Shown: positions 13,235 through 26,658, counted from the stretch's first letter. The stretch is 64,000 nt of DNA from Squalus acanthias (GCA_030390025.1 CM059438.1:62188001-62252000), one strand, 5' to 3'. Notes: generated by a model from the sequence alone, not told the origin. A program made the numbers and translations.

Positions 13235-13655
13235 ACCATAGGAGGAGGGCATCGATTCATCCATACCCCCTCAGATGGCTGTAAATGTGGCCACAAAGCT
13301 TTGAGGATCTGGCCTGGAGCAGTGCCTAGATCGCCTGGGTGAGGGAGCTGTGTGACCAACTGTATGAAGACCTTCAGCCACATTCCCAGAAAAGGCACTT
13401 CTGCAGCTGTGGAAGTCAAGGTCACAGTGGCGCTCCTTGTAACTGGCTCCTTCCAGGGTGCAATGGGTGACCAGAGCAGCGTAAGCCAGTCTGCTGTATA
13501 ACCCAGCTCATGTGCCATTTTTAAGAGGGTGGAGCGGAACACTAGCTTCCCCTGGTCCTCTCAACAGCAGCAGGCTAGAGCCCTTGGCTTTTTCCACATC
13601 GCAGGTTTTCCCAGAGTGCAGAGAGTAGTGGATGGAATCCATGAGGCCCTCCAAG
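13235..13655 (+). pseudogene. Degraded second Harbinger transposase fragment
   Basis: AVEVKVTVAL..TGSFQGAMGD and SFP..QQARALGFFHIAGFPRVQRVVDGIH align with the 7087 ORF. Confidence 0.8.
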
Positions 13656-13683
13656 AAGATGTGCCATACATAAGTCATTGGCT

Positions 13684-14056
13684 TGTTCTCTCTACACAGA
13701 TGCGGCCGGACCTGCTGTGATTTCCAGCAAAAAAGTTTTTTGTTTTCCATACAGACCCCAGCATCTGCCACATTTGACCCCTTGTGACCCCACCTCATTG
13801 TCTTTGATGTAATGTTTTCCTGACTGACCTGTTTGGACACCATCCACACCTTTGATTGCCGTGATTATCTCTCTGCCGAGGTGTGATAAAGGGCAGTTAG
13901 AAAGATTAACTGTAGTCGTCTGGCAGTGTTCTCTGACTATATATGCTGTGCCTATATACATCTCTTCACTTCACCTGACGAAGGAGCAGCGCTCCGAAAG
14001 CTTGTGATTTCAAATAAAACTGTTGGACTATAACCTGGTGTTGTGAGACTTCTCAC
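13684..14056 (+). mobile_element. Penelope-like terminal repeats from two families
   Basis: 13684-13775 resembles the tail of the 54372 element; 13908-14056 is the reverse complement of 62926-63076. Confidence 0.75.
13971..14007 (+). ncRNA. Minimal type I hammerhead ribozyme motif
   Basis: tcac-CTGACGA-a-ggagc(agc)gctcc-GAAAGCTT-gtga. Confidence 0.82.
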
Positions 14057-14501
14057 ATAAGTCATAAGAGGTTGAATTCCATCAACGTCCAGATAGTTTG
14101 TGACCATTCCCCAAAACTTAATATTTTCTGTGCAGAACCAGAATCTTCATGTACCTTGATATCTTTTTCTTGGGGCTTCCATGGTGCCTGCCCCTTTAAG
14201 GTTCCCACTGACCCCAGAGTATCTTTGGATCATGGCTGCAGTCAGTAGTGCGCTCATGATGTGGGAGTCTGCTGAATTCGAGCGAGGCCCCAGAGGACGC
14301 TCTGGTGCCTTGCACTTTGAGTGTGCTCTGCACCAGTTGTTTCCGGACAGTGCCGAGAGAGGAAGCTCGACCTTGGGGTGTCATCTCCTTCCAGCGGTAA
14401 GCTTTGTATTGCACCACCTCCAGAGATACCAGCGAAATCCAGAATTGTAGCTGGGTCTTGGAACATCTGGAGTTGGCAACTCTGGCTGTTTAGTTACTGG
14501 A

Positions 14502-14521
14502 GTGTCAGCCGTGGCTCAGTT

Positions 14522-14552
<31 letters not shown>

Positions 14553-14950
14553 GTGGGTTCAAGTCCCACTCCAGAGACTTGAGCCCAGAATCCAGGCTGA
14601 CACTCCAGTGCAGTGCTGAGGGAGTGCTGCACTGTCGGAGGTGCTGTCATTCAGATGAGACGTTAAACCGAGGCCCCGTCTGCTCTCTCAGGTGGACGTA
14701 AAAGATCCCATGGCACTATTTCAAAGGAGAGCTGGGAAGTTCTCCCCAATGTTCAATCAATGTCACTTAAAAAAAACCAAATTATCTGGTCATTGTTACA
14801 TTGCTGTTTGTGGGAACTTGCTGTGCGCAAATTGGCTGCTGCGTTACCTACCTTACAACAGTGACTGCACTTCAGAAAGTGTTTCATTGGCTATAAAGTG
14901 CTTTGGGATGTTGTGAGAGGTGCTATATAAATGCATGTCTTTTTTCTTTT
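14502..14950 (+). mobile_element. DeuSINE, full length
   Basis: tRNA head, Deu core, gctatataaatgc tail. Confidence 0.9.
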
Positions 14951-15654
14951 TTTTACCTCTACTGACAATAAAGGCAGGGCTGCCTGCAGCAGCAGTGCCG
15001 TCATATTAATGCAACAGAAATAGAGCATTCTGCAGAGTGGAATGGGTTAACCCTCAAAGCTTCATAGGCTCATAAAGATAAAGTTGTAAAAGTGGCACCC
15101 AATCATCTAGAAATAAAGCCACACTGTTTATGGGACAGTTGCGGAATCAGGCATCTGTCTGATGCCTCTCTGGGGCTGTTTGAATTTGATAAATGGGGCG
15201 AAGTAGTGTTCAGATGGCTAAACGCCGGAGAACCATCGCAAAGGCAATTCATTCTTTATTGGAGCGTGTGAAGTGTTATAATGAATGTGACTCCGGCCCG
15301 GTCTTTGGGTTTTAATTTAGATTGTGCAATACAGCTTCCTTGAATCACAAGTTTAAGTGGATTGCCTTGGGGAACAAGGCTGGCACTTGGTGCGTTTTAC
15401 AGGGGACGGCAAGTGTGAGTTCCATTTCAATAGGATTCAATCCACTGACCTTTTTGTTGGAAGCGGCAGTAGATTATCTGTGATGACTTAATTTCGTTTG
15501 CCAGTCAGGGGTGAAATGAGTCTAAATGTACGATTTATCTTGGAGAGGCACTACTCGGAGCAGGTTTTTGTTTTCTTCCCCGGTGCCACTGGAGACAGAG
15601 TACTGGCAGCAACAAACAAGATGTGTGGGCTGTGAATTCCAGTGTCAATTCGGG

Positions 15655-17450
15655 CATACAGAGGAACAGGAGGAGGCCATTGAGCCCCTCGAGCCTGTTC
15701 TGCCATTCAGTGAGATCATGGCTGATCTGCGATCTAACTCCATATACCCGCCTTTGCCCCATATCTCTTAATACCTTTGGTTAACAAATCTATCAATCTC
15801 AGATTTAAGATTAGCAATTGATCCCCAGCATCAATTGCCGTTTGCGGAAGAGTGTTCCAAATTTCTGCCACCCTTTGTGTGTAGAAGTGTTTCCTAATTT
15901 CACTCCTGAAAGGTCTGGCTCTAATTTTTAGACTATGCCCCCTAGTCCTAGACTCCCCAACCAGCGGAAATAGTTTCTCTCTATCTACCCTATCGGTTCC
16001 CCTTAATATCTTGAAAACTTCAATCAAGTCGCCCTTAACCTTCTAAATTCCAGCGAATACAACCCAGTTTTGTGTATTCTCTCCTCGTAATTTAACCCTT
16101 GAAGTCCGGGTATCATTCTGGTAAATCTATGTTGCACTCCCTCCTAGGGCAGTATAGCCTTCCGAAGGTGTGGTGCCCAGAACTGCTCACAGTACTCCAG
16201 GTGTGGTCTAACCAGGGCTTTGTACAGCTGTAGCATAACTTCAGCCCCCTTCTATTTTAGTCCTCTAGATTTAAAGGCTAGCAATTCCATTAGCTTTTTT
16301 TTATTATTCTCTACCTATTCATGACATTTTAATGATCTATGCACTTGGACTCCCAAGTCTCTTTGGACCTCCACTGTTTCTAGCTTTTCACCATTTAGAA
16401 AGTCTCTGTTCTATCCTTTTTAGGTCCAAAGTGGATGACATCACATTTGCCTACTGAAATCCATTTGCCACAATTTTGCCCGTTCACTTAATCTGTTAAT
16501 ATGTAATTTTATGCTTCCATCTACACTACTGACAATGCTGTCTATCTTTGTGTCATCAGCAAACCTGGATATATGGCTTTCTATCCCATCATCTAAGTCG
16601 TTAATAAATACGGTGATAGTTAAGGCCCCAACACAGATCCTTGCGGGACACCACTAGTCACATCCTGCCAATTACAGTACCTGCCCATTATCTCTACTCT
16701 CTGCCTCCTGCCAATCAGCCAATTTCCTAAACAGATCAATAGTTTGCTTTCAATTCCATGAGCTTCAACTTTAGCTAACAGTCTCTTATGAGGGACTTTA
16801 TCAAATGCCTTCTGGAAGTCCATATAAATAACATCCATAGACATTCCCCTGTTCACTACTTTAGTCACATCTTCAAAAAATTCCACCAGGTTCGTCAGGC
16901 ATGACCTACCCTTTACAAATCCATGCTGGCTCTCTCTGATCAGCTGAAAATTTTCAAGGTGTTCAGTCACTCCATCCTTAATTATAGACTCTAGTAATTT
17001 CCCGACAACAGATGTTAGGCTAACTGGTCTATAATTCCCTGGTTTCCCTCTCTCACGGAGTGACGTGCAATTTTCCAAGCTAAAGGAACGGTTCCTGAAT
17101 TGAGATAACTCTGGAAGATTATAGTTAGGGCGTTTGCAATGTGCTCACCTACTTCCTTTAAATCCCTGGGATGGAAACCATCTGGTCCTGGGGATTTGTC
17201 ACTCTCTAGTGCCATTATTTTCCTCATTACTGTTATTTTACTTACGTTAATTTTATTGAGTCCCTGTCCCTGATTCAATATTACTTTCCTTGGGATGTCC
17301 GGCATGCTATCCTCTTCCTCTACTGTAAATACCGACGCAAAGTAATTATTCAACATGTCCGCCATTTCCTTATTATCATTGACAATATCACTGATAGTGG
17401 TTTTCAAGGGGCCCACTATGCTCCTGACCATCCTCTTTTCCTAATATAAT
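15655..17450 (-). mobile_element. CR1 LINE, RT half plus 3' UTR, degraded
   Basis: ORFs 17015-17431, 16620-17078 and 15734-16027 are collinear with the CR1 ORF2. Confidence 0.92.
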
Positions 17451-18484
17451 CCCTTTTTGTAGCTCTAACTATCTGTTTTGTCGCACCAAAGCACCTACAG
17501 CCCTGGCACCTAGTTGACCTGAACTACCTCTAACTGAAAGGACTCTGCAATAAATAGTAAAAGAAGCAAATAATAGAAACACATATATTTACAGAAGTTA
17601 CACTATATTAGCTTCTCGTATAGTGGAAAATAGTAACTGTTTCAGAACTCTAGTGCTAAAGTTAGGACTATAATTACTTTTCTTTCGTAGGTTTTTTAAT
17701 CCTTTCTCCACCAACTCCGGCTTATCTTGCTCTTTAGAAGTTCCAGTCAAACAGCCTGTGCTTGAAGACTCCAGATCAAACTCGGTGATTAGAACAGGTC
17801 AGGCTGATCAGTATGCCCAAAAACAGTAACGGGGGCTTTGTGAATTTAAAGGACTATCTTGTTCAATTCTTAAAAACTGCCAGACAGACAGACAAGTATA
17901 TAAACAAATCACACAGCATGTTTATATTTGAATTGAGTGGCTTGGCTCTACCCTTGAGCAAACTGCTCCGTGACCAAGTGATGCATTGTTGTAACAATGT
18001 ATTGAATTAAGCTCGGACATGATTTTTGTGAGTCAAACTGGTTTTTGACCCCCTGTGCACTGTGACGGAATTAGAGAAGCCAATACCAAGCTAAATCTTA
18101 GACAGAAATGTTTTTCTTCCTCCAGTTAATGGGCTTCTGTGTCCGTCACACTGTCACACGTGCACATTTCTGTGTCACACTTTAAAAAATAATAAGGATT
18201 AAAAAAAGAAAAGCTAGCCTAACCTCTAATTGAACTGAGGATCTGCTGCGAACAATTAGCCGCTAACTAATCTTAGCAACGCACAGCAATTTCATTTTGT
18301 GGCCTTAAAGCAACACACTAAGTTGCACACAGCTGCAACTTTCGTCACAGAATGCATTGTGTGTTACATGTTCTAAATGTTGTTCCAAAACACCACACTC
18401 TCTGCCTACTGTGGGAGATGCATTCGTTTTAACAAAAATGAATAGGACTGAGGTTAAAAACAGAAAACACTGGGAACACACAGC

Positions 18485-19125
18485 AACAACAATCGTGACT
18501 CGCAATTATATAGCGCTTTTATCATAAAGAACATCATAAGGTGCCTCATAAATAGTTGTGCGGAAAACAAATGCCAAGCCAGGAAGGGAGAAATTAAGAG
18601 CTTGGTCGAGAAATAGGAGCAGAAGTAGGCCATACAGTCCCTCGAGCTTGCTGCACCATTCAATGAGATCATGGCTGATCTTCTACATCAACTCCACTTT
18701 CCCACCCTATCCCCATGTCTCTTGATTCCCTTAGTGCCCAAAAAATCTATCGACCCCAGTCTTGAATATACTCATCGACTGAACATCCACAGCACTCTGG
18801 GGTAGAGAATTCCAAAGAGTCACAATCCTGATCTAAGGCTTGAGGGATTTATAGACAAGGACATGGATTTTGAATTTAATGCGTTGGAGGACAGAGTGAT
18901 GGGCGAGTGGGGCTTAGTATGGGGGAGGAGATATGTGGCAGAGTTTTGGACAAATTGGAGTTTGTGGAGGATGCAAGGCCAGCAATAGAGCGATAGTCTG
19001 AAGGTGAAGACAATGGCTTTGGTTTTTCTGACGTTGATCTGGAGGAACTTGTAACTTATCCAGGTCTTGATGTTGGACAAGGCAGCCTGACAACACAGAG
19101 GCAGTCAAGGGGCTGATGGCAGTAT
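18485..19125 (-). mobile_element. L2 fragment interrupted by a CR1 3' end (about 18610-18825)
   Basis: L2 tail and IKTW..FLQIN..KT motif; CR1 tail gaaataggagcag..atcatggctgatc. Confidence 0.7.
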
Positions 19126-20644
19126 AAGAATTCAACAGCAGGGGGTCACGAGTGCATGTGAAAGCTGATCCTGTGTCTCCAGATAATACAAACACATGGA
19201 AAGGACCAGCTGGTCCATCAAGCCATGAGGACAAACATTTCAATCTTTTTTAGAGACTCCTAATTCTTTCCATGATCACATCTGCATCTACTTTGACATT
19301 TACAATTGCAGTGTCAACTGTACATTGCATTAATGGTAGCTGAGCATAGTCTACTGGAGTGAATACCGATGCAGAGTAGCCCCGTAGAACCTCTGCCATG
19401 TCCTGGGAGTTCACCTCAATCTGCCCCGAGGAATCCTTTATCGCCTCTGACTCCGAACATAGCTCAACCTTCTACCAAGCCTCAGACATTGGGAAGCACA
19501 GTTATCCACTACCACGTTGTCCACTGACCTTTTGGCTGCTCTGATGGAGCTTTTGTTGCCTTTAGCTAAGCTCGATACCTATCCCTGTTCTCCAGAGAGT
19601 TCTTTTCTTTTAGTCTGTGAAAGTATTTTTGCTCAAGTCTGATATGTCCTTGCGTAGGACCAATTAGTCACTTTGGCTTTGTTCTACCATGTGCTTGTCT
19701 TTTGACTTTAGAGGCAAATATGGCTTCCTTTTACATTAGAATGATGTCAAATGTATTCCATGTTTCTTCTCTGTTGGTAATTTCTTCGCCAAGTAAGGTT
19801 GCCCAAATGGCCCGACTCAAGTCTTCTGCCATCCTGGTACATCTAGCCCTCTTGAAATCTGGAGCCAGCTTTAAATTCCCAGCATCTTTGGTTTAGCTGA
19901 TCAACTTGAATCTAATAATATTGCAGTCCCAGGTGTTCCACCACACGGGCATCTGACACTGCCTTCGGATCGCCACTAAAAACAAACTTAAATACTGTAC
20001 CAGATTAGCCCTAGTTTCCTCACTAACACATTGTGTTGGGAAACAATCATTTATACTGTGCACAAATCTTTCAGCTCTCCTGCTCTCAATACAAGATGGT
20101 TCACCATTGCCTGTGAAATTAAAATCCCCCATTTATACAGACATTAACTCGGCACCACTGGGGACCTGGGGCGAAGAATGTTGCATGGCGCATTGGTCCC
20201 TAACCTCTAGGCCACTTTAATGGACACCAGGGCCCATGGATATAACATCCCTCTTTATATTCCAGTCCTACGTTCAGAGGCAGGACTGGAATGCTATCGA
20301 GGTGTCGTACATGTCTGTGGTAGCAAGGAACGCCACCATACCCACCCCCACCCCCCCCCAAAGCTACTTTTGTTCCCTATCCCTGAGGTGAGAGGGGGAA
20401 AAATCTACCGCTGGTAGCAAGTGTGAATGGCTGCTGCTGTGGGGACCATCGCTTGGCTGCAGCTGCGGATGGGTGGAATTCCCGTAGCGCTGGATTGTGG
20501 ACATTTTGTGACATTGGGGATGACATTCTGTTCACGACTGTTGGAATTCCTGCATGCCTACCGTTAATTCCTGTGTTGCCTAATCTCCAAGTTGATGCCG
20601 CTGGGGAAAGGGGCAAATTTGGAACCAGGGAAACTGCCTCATAT

Positions 20645-20942
20645 CTGTCGGAGGGGGCGTCTTTCGGATGAGACGTTAAACCAAGGCCCCGTCTGCCCCC
20701 CTCAGGTGGATGTAAAAAGATCCCGCAGCACTATTTCAAAGAGCAGCAGGGGAGCTCTCTCCGGGTTCTTGCCCATATTTCTCAACTGACATCACTCAAA
20801 CAGATTATCTGGTCATTATCACCTTGCTTGTGCGTAAACTGGCTGCCACGTTTCCTACATTACAACAGTGACTCCATTTCAAAAGTACTTCATTGGCTGT
20901 AAAGCGCTTTGGGATGTCCTGAGATCGTGAAAGGCACTATAG
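20645..20942 (+). mobile_element. 5'-truncated DeuSINE, followed by a CR1 3' end (20940-21330, minus strand)
   Basis: Deu core and tail; ORFs 20890 and 21051 are CR1 C-terminal pieces. Confidence 0.82.
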
Positions 20943-21334
20943 AATGGTTACAGCACGGAAGAAAGCCATTCAGCCCATCGAGCCCGTGCCGACTCTCAGC
21001 TAGTCCCACTCCCCCACCCTTTCCCTGTAGCCCTGCAAATTTTTTTCCCTTCAGATACTTATCCAACTCCTTTTTGAAAGATAAAATTGAATCTGCCTCC
21101 ACCACCCTTTCAGGCAGTGCATTCCAGATCTTAACCACTCGCTGCGTAAAAAAAAGTTTTTTCTTACGTCGCCTTTGGTTCTTTTGCCAATCACAAATCT
21201 GTGTCCTCTGGTTCTCGACCCTTCTGCCAATGGGAACAGTTTCTCTCTATCTACTCTGTCCAGACCCCTCATGATTTTGAACACCTCTCCTCATTCTTTC
21301 TACCAAAATGTATCACTTCACACTTTTCTGCATT

Positions 21335-21791
21335 GGGTAGGAAGATTGCAGACCTCAGGCGTACTGTTGGGGGGGGGGGGTCAGGAATGCTGTCAGGTAG
21401 GGCGAGGAGGTCAGGGCCAGGCTTGTGGGGGTGAGGGGGGAGGGGCGAGGAGATCGAGGGGGCCTAGAGGTCGGAGTCAGGAGTGAGGTCGGAGATCTCT
21501 GGCCCGGGAGCGGCAGCGATTATGGTGAGCACTTACCTTTTTTATTACTTATGTGGTGTTTAGCATTGGTTTTCCCGGAGGCAATCGGCACTGGCACTGG
21601 CTGCCTCAGATCAAACCCAAGTTGCAGCAGGGACCAGAAGCAGGCATTAGGCCCCTTATTTGCATATACTAACGCCGGCTTCAGACATGGGTAAAGGACG
21701 CCTCTTGTTTGTCCTTTACCAAGATGGCGTCCAGCGTGATTCCCAAACGGCACCCAAACAACAGGCTCTACTGATCTCAATTTCGCGCCCC
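21335..21791. mobile_element. Probable GC-rich MITE remnant
   Basis: Imperfect ends gggtaggaagattg / caatttcgcgccc; no target-site duplication (TSD) seen; lies between CR1 and L2 pieces. Confidence 0.4.
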
Positions 21792-21793
21792 TC

Positions 21794-22480
21794 ATGATCC
21801 GACCACATATCTGCGGCATAACTAAGACTGCCTATTTCTACCTCTGTAACATCGCCCGTCTCCGCCCCTGCCTCAGCTCATCCACTGTTGAAACCCTCAT
21901 CCATGCCTTTGTTACCTCTAGACTTGACTATTCCAACGCTCTCCTGGCTGGCCTCCTACATTCCACCCTACGTAAACTTGAGGTCATCCAAAACTCGGCT
22001 GCCCGTGTCCTAACTCACACCAAGTCCCGTTCGCCCATCATCCCTGTGCTCGCTGACCTACATTGGCTCCTGGTTAATCAACGCCTCAATTTCAAAATTC
22101 TCATCCTTGTTTTCAAATCCCTCCATGGCCTCGCCCCTCCCTATCTCTGTAATCTCCTCCAGCCCCACAACCCCCCGAGATATCTGCGCTCCTCTAATTC
22201 TGCCCTCTTGAGCATCCCTGATTATAATCGCTCAACCATTGGTGGCTGTGCCTTCTGTTGCCGAGGCCCTAAGCTCTGGAATTCCCTCCCTAAACCTCTC
22301 CGCCTCGCTACCTCTCTTTCCTCCTTTAAGATGCTCCTTTAAAACCTACCTCTTTGACCAAGCTTTTGGCCACCTGCCCTAATTTCTCCTTGGTGTCAAG
22401 TTTTTTGTCTTATAATACTCCTGTGAAGCGCCTTGGGACGTTTTACTATTTTAAAGGCGCTATATAAATACACGTTGTTG
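21794..22480 (+). mobile_element. L2 LINE 3' end
   Basis: LIHAFVTSRLDYSN, QNSAAR, LHWL, PKLWNSLP; tail aaggcgctatataaat..gttgttg. Confidence 0.92.
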
Positions 22481-22516
22481 AATCTCCGAGCTGATATCTA
22501 CCTGTGCTCTCCATCA

Positions 22517-22536
22517 TCACCAGCAGATGGCGCTGG
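22517..22536 (+). promoter_or_regulatory. CTCF consensus motif
   Basis: caccagcagatggcgctg matches the CTCF core consensus; motif match only. Confidence 0.55.
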
Positions 22537-23109
22537 TCATTTCCAAGTGCATCTGTGTTTAATCCATAGCTAATCATTCTCAATGGAGCAAGGATGTCAC
22601 AGTCAGATTATAATCAGTGTATCGAGAGTGTTGGGCAGTCAGGGTTACATTGCACAAAGACTAATTGATGTTCAGGGATAAATTACATACAGAATAACAG
22701 ATGGTGATGGATGAGTTACAGTAATGGATAGCTAAGGTTTCATTACATGGATAATAACGACTAAAATAAATTATTCGACAACATCAGGAGCACGTGTGGT
22801 GGAATTTAACTGCCTGAAACAGAAGTATGGTTTTGGAGGACACCCAATATTTAAAGTTCGCGCAGCTGGGGTCAGCTGTCCCTCAGTGCCTTTGGGAGAT
22901 GGCAGGATCACACTGCCAGGCACAGGCTAAAGCTTCCTTGGGAACTGAGTCTCACAGATCTGGGATTTGTGATATGATGTTACAGGCTGTAGACAGGATA
23001 TATCTCATACCTTCATATCCATCTCCCCCTCTCTGATCTTTTGTCTCTCTTTCCCTACCCACTGTCTCTAATCCCTTCTTCCCCGTGCGCTGACTCCTTG
23101 CTGGGACAC

Positions 23110-23547
23110 GAGCTCCACAAGATCAAGACATTTAAGTTAGAAAGGGGAGCGGAGATAATTGATAAACCTGCCAAACTTCGACAGGACAAAACCCCTGGTC
23201 TGGCTGGGTTCCATCCTCGCATACTAAAAGAAGCTGGGGAAGAGATAGTAGAGGCACTATTATATTAATATATATTCGAAAAGGAAATAGTGCTAGAGAA
23301 CTGGCGGACTGCTAATGTCATTCCTTTATTTAAAAAGGAAGATAGAACAAGTCCAGGGAACTATAACAAAAGCAAAATACTGCGGATGCTGGAAGTCTGG
23401 TCAGAGAATGTGGAATCAGGGGACAAGTAGCAGATTGGATAGCAAGCTGGCTACAAAACAGAGAGCAGGGGTTAAAGGTAGTTACTCAGTCTGGCAGATG
23501 GTGGGATGTGGTGTTCCACAGGGATCGGTGTTGGGACCACTGCTGTA
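23110..23547 (+). mobile_element. Degraded CR1 RT fragments
   Basis: DKTPG..GFHPRILKE; GVPQGSVLGPLL. Confidence 0.75.
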
Positions 23548-23965
23548 ATTTTTTATTCATTCACGGGATGTGGGCGTCACCGGCAAGCCCATCTCTAACT
23601 GCCCTCGAGAAGGTGGTGGTGAGCCGCCTTATTGAATACAACTGAGAGGCTTGCTGGGCCATTTCAGAGGGCAGTTAAGAGTCAACCACATTGCTGTGGG
23701 TCTGGAGTCACATATATAGGCCAGACCAGGTAAGGGCAGCTGATTTCCTTCCCTCAAGGACATTAGTGAACCAGATGGGTTTTTACGACAATCTGGTAGT
23801 TTCATGGCCAGCATTACTGATACTAGCTTTTTATTCCAGATTTATTTAATTAACTGAATTTAAATTCCCCAGCTGCCGTGGTGGGATTTGAACTCGTGTC
23901 TCCGGATCATTAGTCCAGGACTCTGGAAGATAGTCCAGTGACATAACCACTATGCCACCGTACCC
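23548..23965 (-). mobile_element. Second tRNA-derived SINE family, full length
   Basis: Reverse complement begins gggtacggtggcatagtggtt (A box), has gagttcaaatcc (B box), and ends gacgcccacatcccgtgaatgaataaaa. Confidence 0.8.
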
Positions 23966-25577
23966 TAAAAATGTTCACCATTGACCTAAACAATTTGAAC
24001 TCGAATTGTGGTGCAACCTGGATGTTTGGTACTTAACGTTCTCGTACCTAACTGGTTTGCAGCTGGTAAAATAACCAGTGCCGGGGGAGGGGGGTGGGGT
24101 AGAGAATCGGTGAGCCAATTGCCTCGTGCTGGTCTTGTGAACCTTCCCCCCCCCCACAGAGGGGCAGGGTCAGAGGTCTGAGAAGCCTGCAGTAAATGGT
24201 GTGTGGGACGGGGGTGGGGGGTGAAAACAGGAATATGAAAATAATTTAATACAAAATAAGCTTTGGAAGTTTAAATTTTACAGAGGTTTGTTAAACAAAT
24301 GTCGCTATAGTAACGCAGCTATTAAAATTCATTTCTGGATACTTGTCAAATTGACCTGCAATTCAATTCTCTGGGTTCTGGGCTCTCTTCTGATATCCAG
24401 TAAGGGTTCTGTTTGTCCGCGCGTTTTCCTGTACCCGTTTAATCCGAATGGGTGAGCTCGCTAAATGTAGAAAACGATTCTCACTTTTTCCTGCCCTCCT
24501 CTGGAAGGTGATGGGGCGTTGCGAAGATCTCTACTTTCCAAACCGCATTTAAGAGAGAGAGAGAGACTCGGAGTGAGGGTCTTACAAAAGCGGTTCATGT
24601 AAAGGTGCATCCAAGTACTTGGGTGAGCGTATATGTGAAGCATTTTCCATCACGCGCATCCTGACTCTGGGACAAAACCTTTTCCTTTGCACTCGGTAAC
24701 ACGTCACAGGCGAAACTGGGCGATGCCAGGAGGAGAGATAACTGGAGAATCAGTCAGAAAGTTCTGGAAATTAAGGGATGGTTTTCACCTCTTGTCTTCC
24801 CTATTTCTTGATGTTGCTTGATTGAACGGTGAATGCATTTTTGAAAACTTTTGCTTTGTATTCAAACCCCCATTAACTTGATCAAAGGTTTGAGCTACGC
24901 AGGGAGGTTATGTAATGCTTTCTGTTGGCCTTCCAGTGTTGGCGAGTGAGAGATGTCTATGATGTCAGGTGCCAGTTTGCATTATAACTCTTTGAAGTGC
25001 TGCCGGACTTTGCACTGTCATCTGAAATCACCAACCAGAAGATCAGTTAATGTAATTTCCATTAGCCGCGTTTTATTGGGTTTGATCTCCAGCAGAGTTT
25101 GATGGGTGATGAGCAGATCATTTCAGGGGAGTAGCGACAGAGGAGCCCGGATAAAAACAAAAACAATTGAAAGCAGGATGCTCCTGCTTAGGCAGACTGA
25201 GTGTCGTTGGAGCTTGTCCTCTTCAGGTTCCTTTGCCTTTGCGTGTCCTGTTTAATGAGCGGCCCCCAGGGTTCTGCCAGTTCCTTGCTGTACCCAGGCT
25301 GTTCCAGGAGATGGGATGCGTTCACTCGCCCTTGGGTTTGTTTTCCTCACTCTGGGGCAACGGCAAGGGTAAGGGGGTTACGAAATGGGAGCCTTGGTGG
25401 GGTGGGCTTCAGGGGTGCGCAGCATCCGATCTCTCTGAACCTTAGTAATTCAGTATTCTGCACCACCAACTCATCCCGTGGCTTGTCCCTTTGTTGGGAG
25501 GAAGGAGGGCTGAATCACAGTGCTGCATAATCAAAGCTGGCTTATGTGGGTAGTGACTGTGAATTGGATTAATTGAA

Positions 25578-25983
25578 TTACATAGAATGTACAGCACAGA
25601 AACAGGCCATGCTGGTGTTTATGCTCCACACAAGCGTCCTCCCACTGTACTTCATCTAATCCTATCTGCATATCCTTCTATTCCTTTCTCCCTCTTGTAC
25701 TTATCTAGCTTCCCCTTAAAAGGCATCTATTCACCTCAATTACTCCTTGTGGTAGTAAGTTCCACTCTCTGGGTAAAGAAGTCTCTCCTGAATTCCCTAC
25801 TGGATTTATTAGTGACTACCTTATAGTTATGGCTCTGAATTTTGGACTGCCCCACAAGTGGAATCGTCTTCTCTACGTCTACCCTATCAAACCCTTTCAT
25901 AATTGCAGGTCATCCCCTCGGCCTTCTCTCTTCAGTTTTTCCTGATAGTTAGAACCTCTCCGTTCTGGTACCATCGTTGTAAA
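25578..25983 (-). mobile_element. CR1 3' fragment; similar pieces at about 33975-34170, 47165-47370 and 38545-38785
   Basis: catagaat..acagcacagaaacaggcc tail and RT C-terminal sequence. Confidence 0.75.
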
Positions 25984-26658
25984 TTGAGGGAAATAAGTTG
26001 TATTTGAAATTCCAGGGTGCTGAACAGGAGCCCAGAAGTTTTGTCTTTGGCTTCCACCGGAGAGTCATTATGACTTCATTAGCTGTAATGAGTAAAACGT
26101 TCATTAGCAGAAGTTAGCGGGAAGGCTCACTGGAGCTGCTGTTGCCAGGGTTGTTTTATCTTTGCTATGGTTTATTGCAACCCCAGAGGTGGTAGATTTA
26201 CTACAATAATAACTGCGCTCTCACAATGTTGAATCTCAAAGTTGAGGCCCTTTCCAGGAGCCAGGGTTTAAACTCTGCAGCTTGCTGCGACTGTACTTAA
26301 ACTGCTTAGGAAAGCAGCTAAACATTTTTTTTTAAATATATTCATGAAGGCTGGTCTTTAAACACCTTCTCCAGCAGAATTCTATCTTTAGCTTTGAACG
26401 GACTGCTCTAGATACCGCTGACCTAGATTGCGGTGTCTGAATCTTGTTAAAACAGGAATCAGAAACTTGAGGATACAGCTGAATTAGACAATTTTTAAAA
26501 ATTGACACGCGGAGGTTATTGTTACAGGGCTAACAACCCTTTGTTGTGACCGCAACCTCGGGAAATCCACTAACCACTGCTAACTGGATTTAATAAACAG
26601 TAATACAACAAGCAAATAGTAGTGGTAACATAATATATACTTTTCTAATACATGTTCA

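Noticed and set aside
14502..14575. tRNA gene
   Set aside because: The A/B boxes belong to the SINE head and continue into the Deu core in every copy.
20160..20230. LF-SINE-like head
   Set aside because: Only a short degenerate resemblance; cannot be supported without an alignment.
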